A DNA stretch of 64,000 nucleotides from Octopus vulgaris (GCA_951406725.2 OX597827.1:56668001-56732000); one strand, 5' to 3'. Counted from the first letter of the stretch, positions 50,361 to 62,998 are shown. Notes: generated by a model not told the origin, from the sequence alone. Program-made: numbers and translations.

Positions 50361-53300
50361 TTATTTTCATATATAACATATAAACATGTACATGTTTCAG
50401 AACATTGTCGTTTTATAAGATTTTGCTGGCAAATTTTAAAATTAATATAAACATTTATTTACATGAAATGGTTTCAATAAAACAAGAAGAAAACGAATAT
50501 AAAAAATTTGCCATTTTACCCATTCTCTTCCCCCACCACACCTGAATCTAGTTATTTGTTGTTTAGCCAGGTCTGCCCTCATCAAGCAGAACGATGATCA
50601 AAAGCAGTAGTGTAGTATAGTGTATCCCGAGAGACAACTATGTCCTTAAAAGAATTATAGGGTGTGACAGAAAAGAGTTATCGAGTTAAAAAAGTCGAGA
50701 CGGTCACGTATGGAATGCTTTTAAAGGAGTCTGGGCGGTCACGGTTGGGACGTCTTTAAAGAAAGCGGGCATTTAGAAACCTGATTTTAGGCTTCCATGT
50801 ATTTTTGTGCGTCTGTGCACTCACGTATCCACGAATGAATCGGACATGTTATTTCCTATTTTGAAAAGTTTGTTTTGTACACTAAACTAGATAACGTAGA
50901 TACCCGTTAGAAGAAGAGAAGGTCATAGCCGGAAAGTCTTTGATCATAGATAAATTTGCTCGTTGAGGCTTCGCATCGTGGTTAAGCAACAGCTAAAAAG
51001 TAGGCAATGGATTGGCCGAATCGTTAGATCGTTGGACAAAATGTTGCCTGCCGCTACGTTCTGAGTTCAAATTCCGCCGCGTTCGACTTTGCCTTTCATC
51101 CTTTTGGGGTCGATAAAATAAGTACCAATTACGCACTGGGGTCAATATAATCGACTTAATCCGTTTGTCTGTCCTTGTTCGTCCCCTCTGTGTTTATCCC
51201 CTTATGGGTAGTAAAGAAATAGGTATTCAGTGAGTTACAGCCCTTTACGTTCTCAGTTCAAATCCCACCGATTTCAACTTTGCCTTTCACCCTATCTCGG
51301 AATCGATAAAGAAAGCATCAGTTATGTACTAAATCAATTACTTATAATGCATTCAAGATATGAACGAATTCATATAAAAGGTAACAAATTCGCCCAACAA
51401 TAAAGTAAAACTCTTGTGAGCAGTAAGTAAATCAGTTAGTGCTCATGCGCTTACTTTGAAATGCAGACGCTTAGAAAGTTGGGGAAAGCATGATGAATAC
51501 GTATTTTTTCCTACATGCGAATTCCTTTTAAAAATATGCGTGTGAACTAGTAAGTCTTCATTTTCAATTACATCTATGAGAAGAATATACTAACTAGTTT
51601 TATATTTTACACTGTTATTGCTTTTGTCTTTTACATATTCGAATGTTTAGCTTGCTTTTGAAACAGCCTCTGTTTTCTTACTAATTTTGTTTTTCGTTCT
51701 GAACAGGACGCTTTTTCTTTTCCTCTTTTCATTTCGAAAAGATGCTTAAATAGAATATGTTCAGTTTATTAGTGATTTTTACTGTATGGAAAATCACTTG
51801 AAGATAGAAAAAGACAAATTCGGAATTTGGATAAATAAACAATATCGGACAAATACAATAAAATACAAGCATTCCTTATATAATAGATATGGTGTAAGAA
51901 ATTTTGAAAAGGTGAAACTGGAACTTATGACATTCATGCCTTTCGAAGAATGTCAGTGATACAAAGAAAGCCAAAGCGAAAAAAAATAAATTAATCGGCT
52001 TCATACTTAGTTCGCTTAAAAGATACTGTGCATATGTGTTTTATGGTGCTTACACACCATTTTAAAATAGAAATACGTCAGCAGGAGTTGCTGTTGCGTC
52101 ATGTAACGTCCTTGTTCCATGCTGGCATAGGTTGGACAGCTTGAGAGGATCCGATGGGCTTAAGGTCTGCATTGTATCCATCGTTTGTTTTGGCATAGTT
52201 TCTACGACTCGGTCGATGCCTTTCCTAACGCCAGCCACTTAGCAGTGTTGTACTGGTTGCTTTGAGCCGCCGGTTCTTGTGAGGTTGTTCTGCAGTTTGC
52301 TAGACCACGAACAGCGCCTCCTCCCTGATTTAGAGGGGAGCTTTATGATAGGAGATGAGAGCAAAAGACTGGTAAAATTACGAGAAAAGTGGCCAGAGCA
52401 AGGTTCTTGTAGTAGAGGAGCTACATGATTACTCATATTTTAGAAAAGTGCAGTATGGTAAGCATGAGGTGCTAGGTTCGGTCCCTCTGCGTGACATCTT
52501 GGCCAAACTATCATTTCTGTAACTTCCAGTCGATCCATACCTTATGAGTGAAATTGGGTTAATGAAGATTATACAGAACGTAACCGGGTGGAAAGTACAT
52601 GTAATTAAAATGTGCACAGCCTTGCCACACATTGTGCCGCAGTGGTTCTACCTGAGAATTACGTAAAGGACACACATGCTTGTGGAATGACCAGCGCCTT
52701 GCACGTTAATTCAGGAGCAAGCAACTCAGTCGACCAAATAACTAAATCCTCATCATCAAACGACGGAAGTCCCACGATCAACGTGCAGTTTAACACCGTA
52801 AAAAAGTAAAAGTAAATTACTCTTTTACTTGTTTCAGTCATTTGACTGTGGCCATGCTGGAGCAAATCGACACCAGGACTTATTCTTTGTAAGCCTAGTA
52901 CTTATTCTATCGGTCTCTCTTGCTGAACTGCTAAGGTACGGGGACGTAAACACACCAGCATCGGTGGGGGGGGGGGGGGACAAACAGACACACAAACACA
53001 CACACACATACATATACACATATATACGACGGGCTTCTTTCAGTTTCTGTCTACCAAATCCACTCACAAGGCTTTGGTCGGCTCGAGGCTATAGTGGAAA
53101 ACACTTGCTCAAGGTGTCACGCAGTGGGACTGAACCCGGAACCATGTGGTTGGTAAGCAAGCTACTTACCACACAGCCACTCCTACGCTAATAACTTTTT
53201 ATTTATTGATTTATAGCGAAAATGATTAGCCTATAAAAGTGTATCATTAGACTGAATATGAAATTGAAATTGGTAGCCAAACAGAAATACGGGTACCTAT

Positions 53301-53440
53301 ACGTCAGTATAAACGATACTAGTTTATTAATATGGAACTGTGCAAGGCAGTCTGTGTAAGGCACCCGTAAAAAAAAGTGTGGCAGCCGCAAGAACTTAAA
53401 GTTTCTGATTGTAAATTAGTGATGATTATAAGAAATTCTG

Positions 53441-53727
53441 TGGAGGCGCAATGGCCCAGTGGTTAGGGCAGCGGACCCGCGGTTTCGATTCCCAGACCTG
53501 GCGTTGTGAGTGTTTATTGAGCGAAAACACCTAAAGCTCCATGATGCTCCTGCAGGGGGTGGTGACGATCCCTGCTGTACTCTTTCGCCCCAACTTTCTC
53601 TCACTCTTTCTTCTGTTGGCCTGCTCGCTTAACCAGCGGGGTGGCGTCATTTGAAGGCTAAAACAATGCGAAGCGCATTGTGACCAGCGATGTGTAGCAA
53701 CATCTGATAGCCTGGTCGGTCTCGGTG
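53441..53727 (+). mobile_element. SINE family C (OR-like), tail type 2
   Basis: tRNA head; near-perfect TSD TAAGA(A/G)ATTCTG. Confidence 0.85.
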
Positions 53728-55593
53728 ATAAGAGATTCTGGACCATTACTTCTCGGAAAGTCGATGTTGTATATGTATATGAATTCTTTTCAACCCCTGA
53801 AGTCCAGAATACAAACGGCGAGAAGGAATCGAGAAACATTTTGTAATTTAAGGGAATTTTTTTTTACATACCCAGAGAAAATAAAGATTGGCGCAGGAGT
53901 GGCTGTGTGGTAAGTAGCTTGCTAACCAACCACATGGTTCCGGGTTCAGTCCCACTGCATGGCATCTTGGGCAAGTGTCTTCTGCTATAGCCCCGGGCTG
54001 ACCAATGCCTTGTGAGTGGATTTGGTAGATGGAAACTGAAAGAAGCCTGTCGTATATATGTATATATATATTTATATATGTGTGTGTGTGTTTGTGTGTC
54101 TGTGCTTGTCCCCCTAGCATTGCTTGACAACCGATGCTGCTGTGTTTACGTCCCCGTCACTTAGCGGTTTGGCAAAAGAAACCGATAGAATAAGTACTGG
54201 ACTTACAAAGAATAAGTCCCGGGGTCGATTTGCTCGACTAAAGGCGGTGCTCCAGCATGGCCGCAGTCAAATGACTGAAACAAGTAAAAGAGTAAAAGAG
54301 TATTGGAAGACTGTAATTGTGTGACCCGGTATTAAATCAGTGAAAGTTGGTAAATAACAGAAACACAGTAGAATGCCGGGGAAAATACGCTGCTGTGTTT
54401 AATTACATCCCTTCCATTGGAGTTTCCGTGGCTATGGTCTGCCAACCTACGTTCAGGATGTTTTTACGAGACACCACTTGTGTGGATGGCCGTTGATTCA
54501 ATATGAGCTCATCTGTCCTTTGACAGATCTTATTTTTATTCCTGCAGTGTTCACAACACCCTCTTCCTCACCTGACAAGCTAGGTAGGAGAGTCGGTTAA
54601 GTCGCCGACTTACCCGACCACGAAACCGGTTATCCTGGGTCTTCTCATTTTCTTCAAAACGTTTACCATCATGGCAACTGTATTCTCTTCCACTGTCACT
54701 CCAGCTCACCTCTTTGGCTTTCCTCACGATACACATGCATGCTCTCTGTATCCATCATACAATAGAGTAGCGGCCTACCATTTTCCCGCACAGTGAGAAT
54801 AATTCTCGCCTATCATGCACTCGCTCAGGTTTGGAATCTTGTTTCATCCCCGTAACACGTGCCTGTCTATCTTGTCTCTCGCCAGCTTGAGCCCCAGTGC
54901 AGCTCTTCCTTCAATAAACTCTGGTGGTTTCGTGGGTCATCCGAATTTCCTAAGACGGCGATCTACAACCTCCACTACCGACACTGCAATCCCAGCCACT
55001 AAAATGTCATTGATATAGAAACTAGTGGCTTACTTCAGCCTGGTCAATTTTCCAAAGATCACCTTAAGAACCATGGCCAAAAATTAAAAGTTATGAGGAC
55101 GCTTAAACCAGGATACTGGGTCACGAAAACAGACAAAAAAAAAACAAAAAAACTCGCCTACTAGGTGTAAAAAAATGAGTAGAAAACTAATATGAAAACA
55201 AAAATTTGCGCAAACGAACGAGGAAGGGTAGAGAGAGGACTTTCGGAAAATTCACAAGATCCGATTTTCTCCTTACAACTTTCAGGAAAATGGATATAAA
55301 TTAATGAAATTTTATAGAAATACCGTTCACATGGCACAAATTAAGATTATAAAGAAATTTCTGGGGGAAATGCTTTCCGAAGGGCCGGGAGAGGATTTCG
55401 GAATATTCACAGGATCCTTTTTTTTTTCCCCTCATAACTTTCAGGACCTACATTAGCGTCCGGTCACCAAAACGGAAAAAAAAAAAGAGTTTAATAGGTG
55501 TAAATTTTCCGAAATCCTCTCCCCACCCCTTCGGAAAACATTTTCCCCATAGATTTCTTTATAGTCGTAATTTGTGCCATTTGAACGGTATTC

Positions 55594-55996
55594 GGATCTT
55601 TTCGGTTTGAACGGCAGTTTTTAACATAATTTCTAGGTAACTTTTAAACTTCGTATACTGGTAGAATGTGTTTATAAAACATCTTTTTCTCTTGGCTTTA
55701 TTGAGAAAATTCTATAGTTTGTAAGATATTTGTTGCTTTTTTCTTCAATTTCTGCAATTTCAACCAATCACTGACGTCTATTGAGGTAAAAAAACATTCT
55801 GTGCCGTATGAATATGTCCCTCGTTTAAGAAACAGATTGGGTTTATTTACATTTCTGAAGAAAAAAAGATACCCTTCCCCCACCCCTAACCCTAAAACAG
55901 ATTGAAATGCAATAGATCGATACTAGGGTCATAATTATGGATGACAATTTCATATGACACTGCTAGAAAAAACTGCCGTTCAAACCGAAAAGATCC
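55594..55996. mobile_element. Young MITE with 29-bp perfect TIRs and 8-bp TSD (Merlin- or hAT-like)
   Basis: TIR GGATCTTTTCGGTTTGAACGGCAGTTTTT; TSD CGGTATTC at 55586-55593 and 55997-56004. Confidence 0.92.
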
Positions 55997-56258
55997 CGGT
56001 ATTCCTATAAAATTTCAGTAATATATATCCATTTTCCTTAAAGTTATGAGGGAAAAATCGAATCTTGTGAATTTTCCGAAAGTTCTCTCTCCACCCCACC
56101 TCGTTCGTTTGTGCAAATTTTTGTTTTCATATCCGCTTTCCACACATTTTTTTTAAAACACCTAGTAGGCTGTTTTTCTTTCCGTGGGTGGTGAGATGAG
56201 TTTCGGAAAATTCACACGAGCCGGCTTGGTTTCCTCATAACTTTCAGGAAGATGGGTA

Positions 56259-56771
56259 CCTTAAATCCTCGAGTATAATCTGCATTCCTCACCACCCAAA
56301 TTTAAAGGTGAAAATCCCCAGTGCGTACTATATACGAGGTTAAAAATGAAAAATATTTTCTAAGCAATGTCCGAGTCTCTATTTGCTGTCCGGCAATGTT
56401 TATTCAGACGCATTTTGTGATGTCAGGCGCGAAAATACCTTAAGCTAAGCCTGAAAGCAATGAAGTCATAAAAGAATCATCCATAACTTGCAGTAAGCAA
56501 CATTTATTAAACGTTATTACTGTTATTTCTTTATTTTCTGCAAACAAAATGCACAAAAAAGCTACACGTTTGCATTATGTTATATATACAATAATAATAA
56601 AGGATGTTACTGTATACATTTTTACAAACCAAGGATGTTATATAGACCTCCTTGACTCAAGTTAGAGAAGGGGTGCGTATTATACACAAGGTTTTGGTTT
56701 TTCAGAGGTACAGCCCCTAAAAATCCCCTGCGTATTATACTCAAGGGCGGACTATACTCGAGGATTTGCGG
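56259..56771. mobile_element. Tc1/mariner-superfamily (Tc2/pogo-like) MITE
   Basis: TA-CCTTAAATCCTCGAGTATAATC...GACTATACTCGAGGATTTGCGG-TA. Confidence 0.85.
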
Positions 56772-57715
56772 TATTTTTTTTTGATATTTTTTTACAAATA
56801 CCTTTCAAAATGAGTAGATTACGAACGTATCAGAATTTAATAGGAAAAAAATGATAGGCTCGCTCATACATAGTGATACACATCACACACATCCACAAAA
56901 TGAAACTTGAAATTTTGAAAAAACAACAACAAAACAACTTGTGATGTGTGTCAGTATGTATATGTGCGTTCTCACCATTTTCTTTTCACATCAAATTCAA
57001 ATAAGACCGTAATTTAAACACTCTGAAAGGTATTTGTAGGAAATTTCATGAAAAAACACTCATTTTTCTGAAAGTTATGAAGAAGCAAAACCGACTCGTG
57101 TGAATTTTCCGAAACTCCTCTCCCCACCTCCGGGAAACTTTACACAACAGATTCCGATATAATCGGAATCCACATCATCTGAAATTTATTTAGAAAATTT
57201 CATTAGAAAGTATCCATTTGTATGAAGGTTATAATGAAAGAAATCGTAGGGTGGGGCACACTTGTGTAGGTTTGCCCATTTTGTAACTATCGTACTTATG
57301 TATAATTCAAAATATTTAATACCAACATCAGATTCAGAATTAGTTGTGGGAGGTAGCATTAATTATACTGGAGGTTAATGCCCTAAGCATTATACTATCC
57401 CTACTTGAATATAATGCGACCTTTACCTGACGACGTAGCATTATATTCGAGTGTGAAAATAGGAAGAAATAAGTGATTTTTACGGAGAAAATAAATAGCG
57501 AGGGTAGCAATCATACTCTAGAGTAAAAATACGCTAAATATATTTCAAGGATTTTTATAAAACCGTAAAATTTAAAACAAAAACATGGAAAATTTGACAC
57601 CCAATTGTAAAAATGAGGAGGAGACTTTTTTTTTTAGGTAGAAAAGTGTGTGGCGGAGTCACGTTACATTTGAGTGTAAAAGGAAGATTCTTAGGTAGAA
57701 AACTCATTCACATTA

Positions 57716-57978
57716 TAATAAATAAATAAATGCGCCCCTTTAAAGCCTAGCCAGGCTCATGGACCCGGTTTCCCAGTTTCTATGGCGTATGTGTTCCCCA
57801 GCTGGACGGGATGCCAGTCCATCGCAGCGTTATTCATTTTTGCCAGCTGAGTGGACTGGAGCAACGTGAAATGAAGTGTTTTGCTCAAGAACACAACGCG
57901 TCGCTCGGTCCAGGAATCGAAACCACAATCTTACGATCATGATGCTGATACCCTAACCACTAAGCCACGCGCCTCCAC
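57716..57978 (-). mobile_element. tRNA SINE with Meta-domain-like core
   Basis: Head GTGGAGGCGCGTGGCTTAGTGG, core GCGATGGACTGGCATCCCGTCCAG, (ATTT)n tail. TSD CATTCACATTA at 57705-57715 and 57979-57989. Confidence 0.85.
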
Positions 57979-58915
57979 CATTCACATTACATTCGAGTGT
58001 AAAGGCAAAAAGATTTTTTGTAGACAAAATTGTGGGTAGCATTGTACTAGCGTGTAAAAATAAGAGCAAACCATATTAGATTTTTAGATAGAAAATATGG
58101 GGGTCGCATTATATTTAGGATCACATTGTGCTTGAGTAAATCACATTGTACTTAAGTAGGTTTTTTTTTTTATATATACAAGCAGAGTATAAACATTTTG
58201 CTGAAATAAATCGAAAAAAAGCTAAAACGTATTATTTACCGAAATGAAGTTTTTATCTTACGGCAAGATGTTAGGTGAATGTTACTGGCACTCCTCAGAG
58301 ATCGTTTCCGATAGAAATTTTGTAATTGTGAAGAGGCGTTTAAGTAGCAATAGAATAGGAAATACCGTACTTCAAAGAAATAGTCGAAAATAAATTATCA
58401 ATTGATGAATGAAAACGAACTTCCGAAGCTTACTTAAGATCATTTTATAAAATTATTTTCCTAATTTTAATCTCAGTCATTCAATTAACTTGCCGTTTAA
58501 GAAGCTTTCTATCAGATAGAAATAAAATTTTTCCAGAGTTATATATTGAATCTCAACTCATTTAGAATTGAAATAAATTGTTAAATTATATAAAAAAAAA
58601 TTCGTTTGCAATTTATCAGGAGTTTCGACTTTTGTTAATTTCTTTTTCTCCAGTTTAATTTATATATGACTTAGGAAAACCGGGAATCCTATTAGTTAAA
58701 ATGCAAAATGTTGGCACACATGATAATATCTCGAGAATATTTCATTTATTGAGATGATATTCATTTCAACATAAATAGTACCGAGGAGATTTTCGTTCAG
58801 CTTAAGCCAGCGGAAATTAAAGATAAATGAAATTGAGCGATTATATGACTCTTATTCTGAAAGGAAATTTTATGGTTTGCAGATTTTATGGATTTATAAA
58901 GAAACATACCATATA

Positions 58916-58947
<32 letters not shown>

Positions 58948-58948
<1 letters not shown>

Positions 58949-59462
58949 TAGCAGTATCGCCCGGCGTTGCTCGGGTTTGTAAGGGAAATAACTATATAAG
59001 CATTTTTAGAGAGTTACTTCCCTTATAGATGCCAATTCGGGCAATTTCTGTTTTGGTGTCTTCAAGCCATGAAGTCGTTGTTCTAAAAGAACGCTGGTCT
59101 CCTTGACAACGCTTTACGACGTTGATTTCCTTACACTCCCTTCCACACAGCTTCACGAGGGAGGGAAGAAGGGGGAGAAGCAAACAGGTGCAGGTGTGAG
59201 CGTGGACGCCAACTCCGCCGCCATCGACACACGAAAAAATATGCATTAAAATGGAATAAAAAATTATGTTAAATTATTTTTTAAATCGTAGACTCATCGT
59301 AGACTCATCGTAGACGCACGCTAATACCCAGACGGGATCGATATGAATCACGACTATAAGATACCCGAATTTGGTTAAACTGCACCGCAAAATGTGGGAG
59401 TAGTTAGGAATCTAAATCGAAGGGGACAGACACTCACACAACTACAGTTTTATATATATAGA
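58948..59462 (-). mobile_element. Non-autonomous Helitron
   Basis: Minus strand: A|TC start at 59462; CCCGAGCAACGCCGGG hairpin and CTAG|T end at 58948. Confidence 0.8.
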
Positions 59463-59996
59463 TATTATACGTTTTAAAATGTTCACCTCATAATGAAGAT
59501 TATTCTTTTTCCAAATAAAAATTTTGATACCGAAGTTGATCAAATAAATTTTGCTAAGAAGGATGAAAACTGTTTAACGTTTTAATGATTTTTCCTGTCA
59601 GAAAAATATTTCTTTGGTCATTTTTATTGTCTCCTTGAATCTAGATATTTGTTTTATATTTAACTTTTATTCCCAATCCTCGTCACTAATTAGAATAGTT
59701 GGAGGAGTATTTACTATGCAGTGTTCCTAAGCTGTGCGGACCCAAGGCTTTTATGAAGAAGTCGAATTTCTTTAACCCTTAGCGTTTTCATAAAGTTTAT
59801 CCTAAACGTCCATGTTTGATTTTAGACTTTTAGTTATCCTTTGTTTCATAGGTTCCGAGTAATATAAAGTTTTTCTTTTGTAAGTCTCAAGTTACTCTGG
59901 TGGTTAAAAAGCGTTGAGAATGTGTATCATATATGATGCATGGTCATATTACTTGATATACAGACCAGGTTAAAGATTGATTGAACAAGTTTCAAA

Positions 59997-60158
59997 TAGG
60001 CACGGTCCCAGGAATTTTTCAAAGGGAGGGCACAAGATCAGAAGGGAATACAATTCCAGGAAAAAAAGGGCGTAATAACATCAGTTAGAAGTATGCACTT
60101 CTTTTCTTGAGTGGGGGGACACGTGCCCCTCGTTCCCCCCCCCCCGGGTCCGCCCCTA
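59997..60158. mobile_element. Small GC-rich MITE (hAT-like)
   Basis: Imperfect TIR TAGGCACGGTCCCAGG/CCGGGTCCGCCCCTA. Confidence 0.45.
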
Positions 60159-60331
60159 TGAGAGACAGTTATTCACGTGGATGCGTACAACAGGCGTGTC
60201 TGTGTGGTAAAACGCTTGCTTCCCGCGCATGCGTCGGTCTATTCGCTGTGTTGATTTTTGATGAGTCGGACGGAATTTTTTTGTGCTGATCGGCAGCAGT
60301 TTGTCAGTGAGTGTTATACCGGTAGAAAAAA

Positions 60332-60994
60332 ATGTATTCCGACTTTAGCGAGTATGAGCTGTCCTCAGCGGAGGAGGAGCTCGTTAAGGCGGTAAATAGA
60401 ATAGACGAGCATTTGGAAAGAGTAATGAGTTTTGCTGAGGCTGCAGAGGTGAAGAAAAGGGAGGTGGACCTAGCCAGACTGAAGGAGCTGAGTAAGATGA
60501 CACAGAAGGTGGGCTGTAATATAAAGTTATTACCCACGAATAGGGTTATGGAAAATATGGAAAAGAAGACCAATACTTACAAGGTGTACTCAGTGGAGAG
60601 TAGGAAGGTGGAGCAGATGGAAATGGAAAAAGTAGAAAAAGCATTGAAGGGGCTTTCGAAAGAAGTGACATACATAGTGAAAGGAAATGGATATGGGACG
60701 GTGGTTGTCCAGTGTAGGACAGCGGAGGAGGCAAAGAGGCTGGCGAGTGCAACTGTAAAAACGGAGAAAGTGGTACTTCTACTCACATACCTTGGAAGAA
60801 AGACTTCTAAGGTGAGGGTAGAAGGAATTCCACCCGATATAGAAGTGGCTTGGGTCGTGGTAGCCATCCTCGTTGAAAGTGAGGAGGAGGTGGCTGTCCT
60901 CCAAGTCATGGAAACGGAGGACAGAGGATGGAGAGGAAAAGCACTCATTATACAGGCAGAGGAGAGGCAATTGGAGAATTTGACGGAATGTTAA
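60332..60994 (+). CDS. L1/Tx1-type non-LTR retrotransposon ORF1-like protein (220 aa, truncated)
   Basis: Purine-rich coding composition, N-terminal coiled-coil-like segment, RRM-like TVVVQCRTAEEAKRL and KVRVEGIPP. No ORF2 follows. Confidence 0.6.
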   Translation: MYSDFSEYELSSAEEELVKAVNRIDEHLERVMSFAEAAEVKKREVDLARLKELSKMTQKVGCNIKLLPTNRVMENMEKKTNTYKVYSVESRKVEQMEMEKVEKALKGLSKEVTYIVKGNGYGTVVVQCRTAEEAKRLASATVKTEKVVLLLTYLGRKTSKVRVEGIPPDIEVAWVVVAILVESEEEVAVLQVMETEDRGWRGKALIIQAEERQLENLTEC

Positions 60995-61241
60995 AAAGTG
61001 TAGAGCATTGGGAGAGTGAGAGATGTGTTGCGAGGCATGAATGAATTTCTGATGACTTACTTTAAGTTTCTAAGTTTGGTGCTTATAAGCCACAAAGCGA
61101 AATCTGATAAAAACAAAATGAGTTGCGCAGCGTTGGTTGTGAATGCTGTAATAGTCTCATGGCAGAAAGGATGATGTTGCCACTCCTCCTCCTCCCCCTC
61201 CTCCTCCTCCTCCTCATCATCATCATCATCACCATCATCAC

Positions 61242-61283
<42 letters not shown>

Positions 61284-61831
61284 TGTTTAACGTCTGTTTT
61301 CCATGCTGGCATAAGTTTGACGGTTTGACTGGGGACTGGCAAGCCAGGAGGCCGCACGGCCGTCAAATCTGCAACTGATTTAGCTCTTTGAAAAAGGTGC
61401 ATTTACTGTTGGGTGGAGGTTGATACATGTATCCTTCCGCAGCCAGCTCTAATTGGATGTAATGGGCAGAGCATGATTGTGCTATGCCACCATGACAAAA
61501 TAGTTCTTTTCTATCTCACTACAAGATCCTAAAACCAAGGTGCCATGTAAAAAGCATTGGCGTAGGTGCTGGTGCCATATAAAAGGCACTGAAGATGGTG
61601 TCATATAAAAAGCATCCACTACACTCTGTGGAGTGGATGGCATTAGGAAGGGCATCCAACCATAGAAACCAGGCCAAAACAGACTATGGAACCTTGTGCA
61701 GACCCTGGCCTTGCCAGTTGCTGTCAAGCTGTCCAACACCATGGCAGCATGAAAAACAGATGTTAAATGATGAGGATGATGATGATGAAATCATACTTTA
61801 CCTATATATACTAAAAGAAGGCCACAATACT

Positions 61832-62235
61832 TATCTCTTTACTACCCACAAGGGGCTAAACACAGAGGGGACAAACAAGGACAGACAAATGGATTAAGTC
61901 GATTATATCAACCCCAGTGCATAACTGGTACTTATTTAATCAACCCTGAAAAGATGAAAGGCAAAGTCGACCTTGGCGGAATTTGAACTCAGAACGTAGT
62001 GGCAGATGAAATACCTATTTTTTTACTACCCACGAGGGGCTAAACACAGAGAGGACAAACAAGGACAGATAAATGGATTAAGTCGATTATATCGGCTCCA
62101 GTGCGTAACTGGTACTTATTTAATCGACCCCGAAGGGATGAAAGGCAAAGTCGACCTCGGCGGAGTTTGAACTCAGAACGTAGCGGCAGACAAAATACTG
62201 CTAAGCATTTTGCCCAGTATGCTAACGTTTCTGCC
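61832..62235 (-). mobile_element. SINE family B partial dimer
   Basis: 16-bp TSD AGAAGGCCACAATACT at 61816-61831 and 62236-62251; internal restart near 62015. Confidence 0.9.
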
Positions 62236-62584
62236 AGAAGGCCACAATACTGTCATATTCATCTTGAGAAGGCAGCTTATATAGACATAGCTTCATGTGT
62301 TTTTTAGTTATAAGCAGGAAATAACAGCTATTCCTTGGACTTATTCCATAACTGAAGAGTGGTTAGGTAGTATCTGATTGTTATCGTAAAAATATATCTT
62401 AAGAATAAACATCGTCACTATCCTAGTGAATGTGGAAGAGATGGAGAAATATGAGTGATGAAATATATGTAGGTCTCAGCTGCTGCACCCAGCATTTTGT
62501 TTACAACTTTAAAACAAAGGCATTCAATTTCCTTTTAAATAATTGTTGTTTCTCCAGTCCTTTGAAACAGGATCTATGACCTGA

Positions 62585-62640
<56 letters not shown>

Positions 62641-62958
62641 ATGTGTGGCTGTGTGGTTAAGGAGTTTCCTCTCCCAATTACATGATTTTAAATTCAGTTT
62701 TATTGCATTTGTCGGCAAGTTTTTTTCTGTAATATCTCTGAGCCAGCCAAAGCCTTGTGTCTGGATTTGGTTAATGGAAAATAAGGGAAGTTCATCACAT
62801 ATGTGTGTGTGTGTGTGTGTGAGTGTGTGTGTGCACAGGCATGGCTGTGTGGTAAGAAGCTTGCTTCTTAGCACACAGCTCCTCAGTTTACCAGCTCTGG
62901 TCAAGCTGCCCAACCCATGGCAGCATGGATAACGGACGTTAAATGATAATGATGATGG

Positions 62959-62998
<40 letters not shown>

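Larger units (their letters stand above)
55156..57250. mobile_element. Foldback-like element built from modular inverted repeats
   Basis: 55156-55410 pairs with 55500-56170, and 56181-56890 pairs with 56940-57134. Recurrent module TTTCGGAAAATTCACA...CATAACTTTCAGGAA in both orientations. Confidence 0.75.

Noticed and set aside
17605-54324. Recurring ORFs with RRASFSFRLPNPLTRLWSARGYSRRH or STPGLILCKPSTYSIGLF, resembling a gene family
   Set aside because: These are translations of SINE family A copies.
54430-55020. CpG-rich unique-looking block as a promoter or exon
   Set aside because: It has no coherent ORF or splice pair and is more likely an unclassified retroelement 5' fragment. I could not support a specific call.
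55884-55895. CCCTAACCCTAA as interstitial telomeric sequence
   Set aside because: Only two units, lying inside a MITE.
14093-57978. tRNA-like sequences with A/B boxes
   Set aside because: They are SINE heads that continue into SINE bodies with tails and TSDs. No complete cloverleaf with an acceptor stem was found.
61083-61283. Poly-Met/Arg ORF
   Set aside because: It is the (GAT)n tail of a family D element plus a (GAG)n tract.
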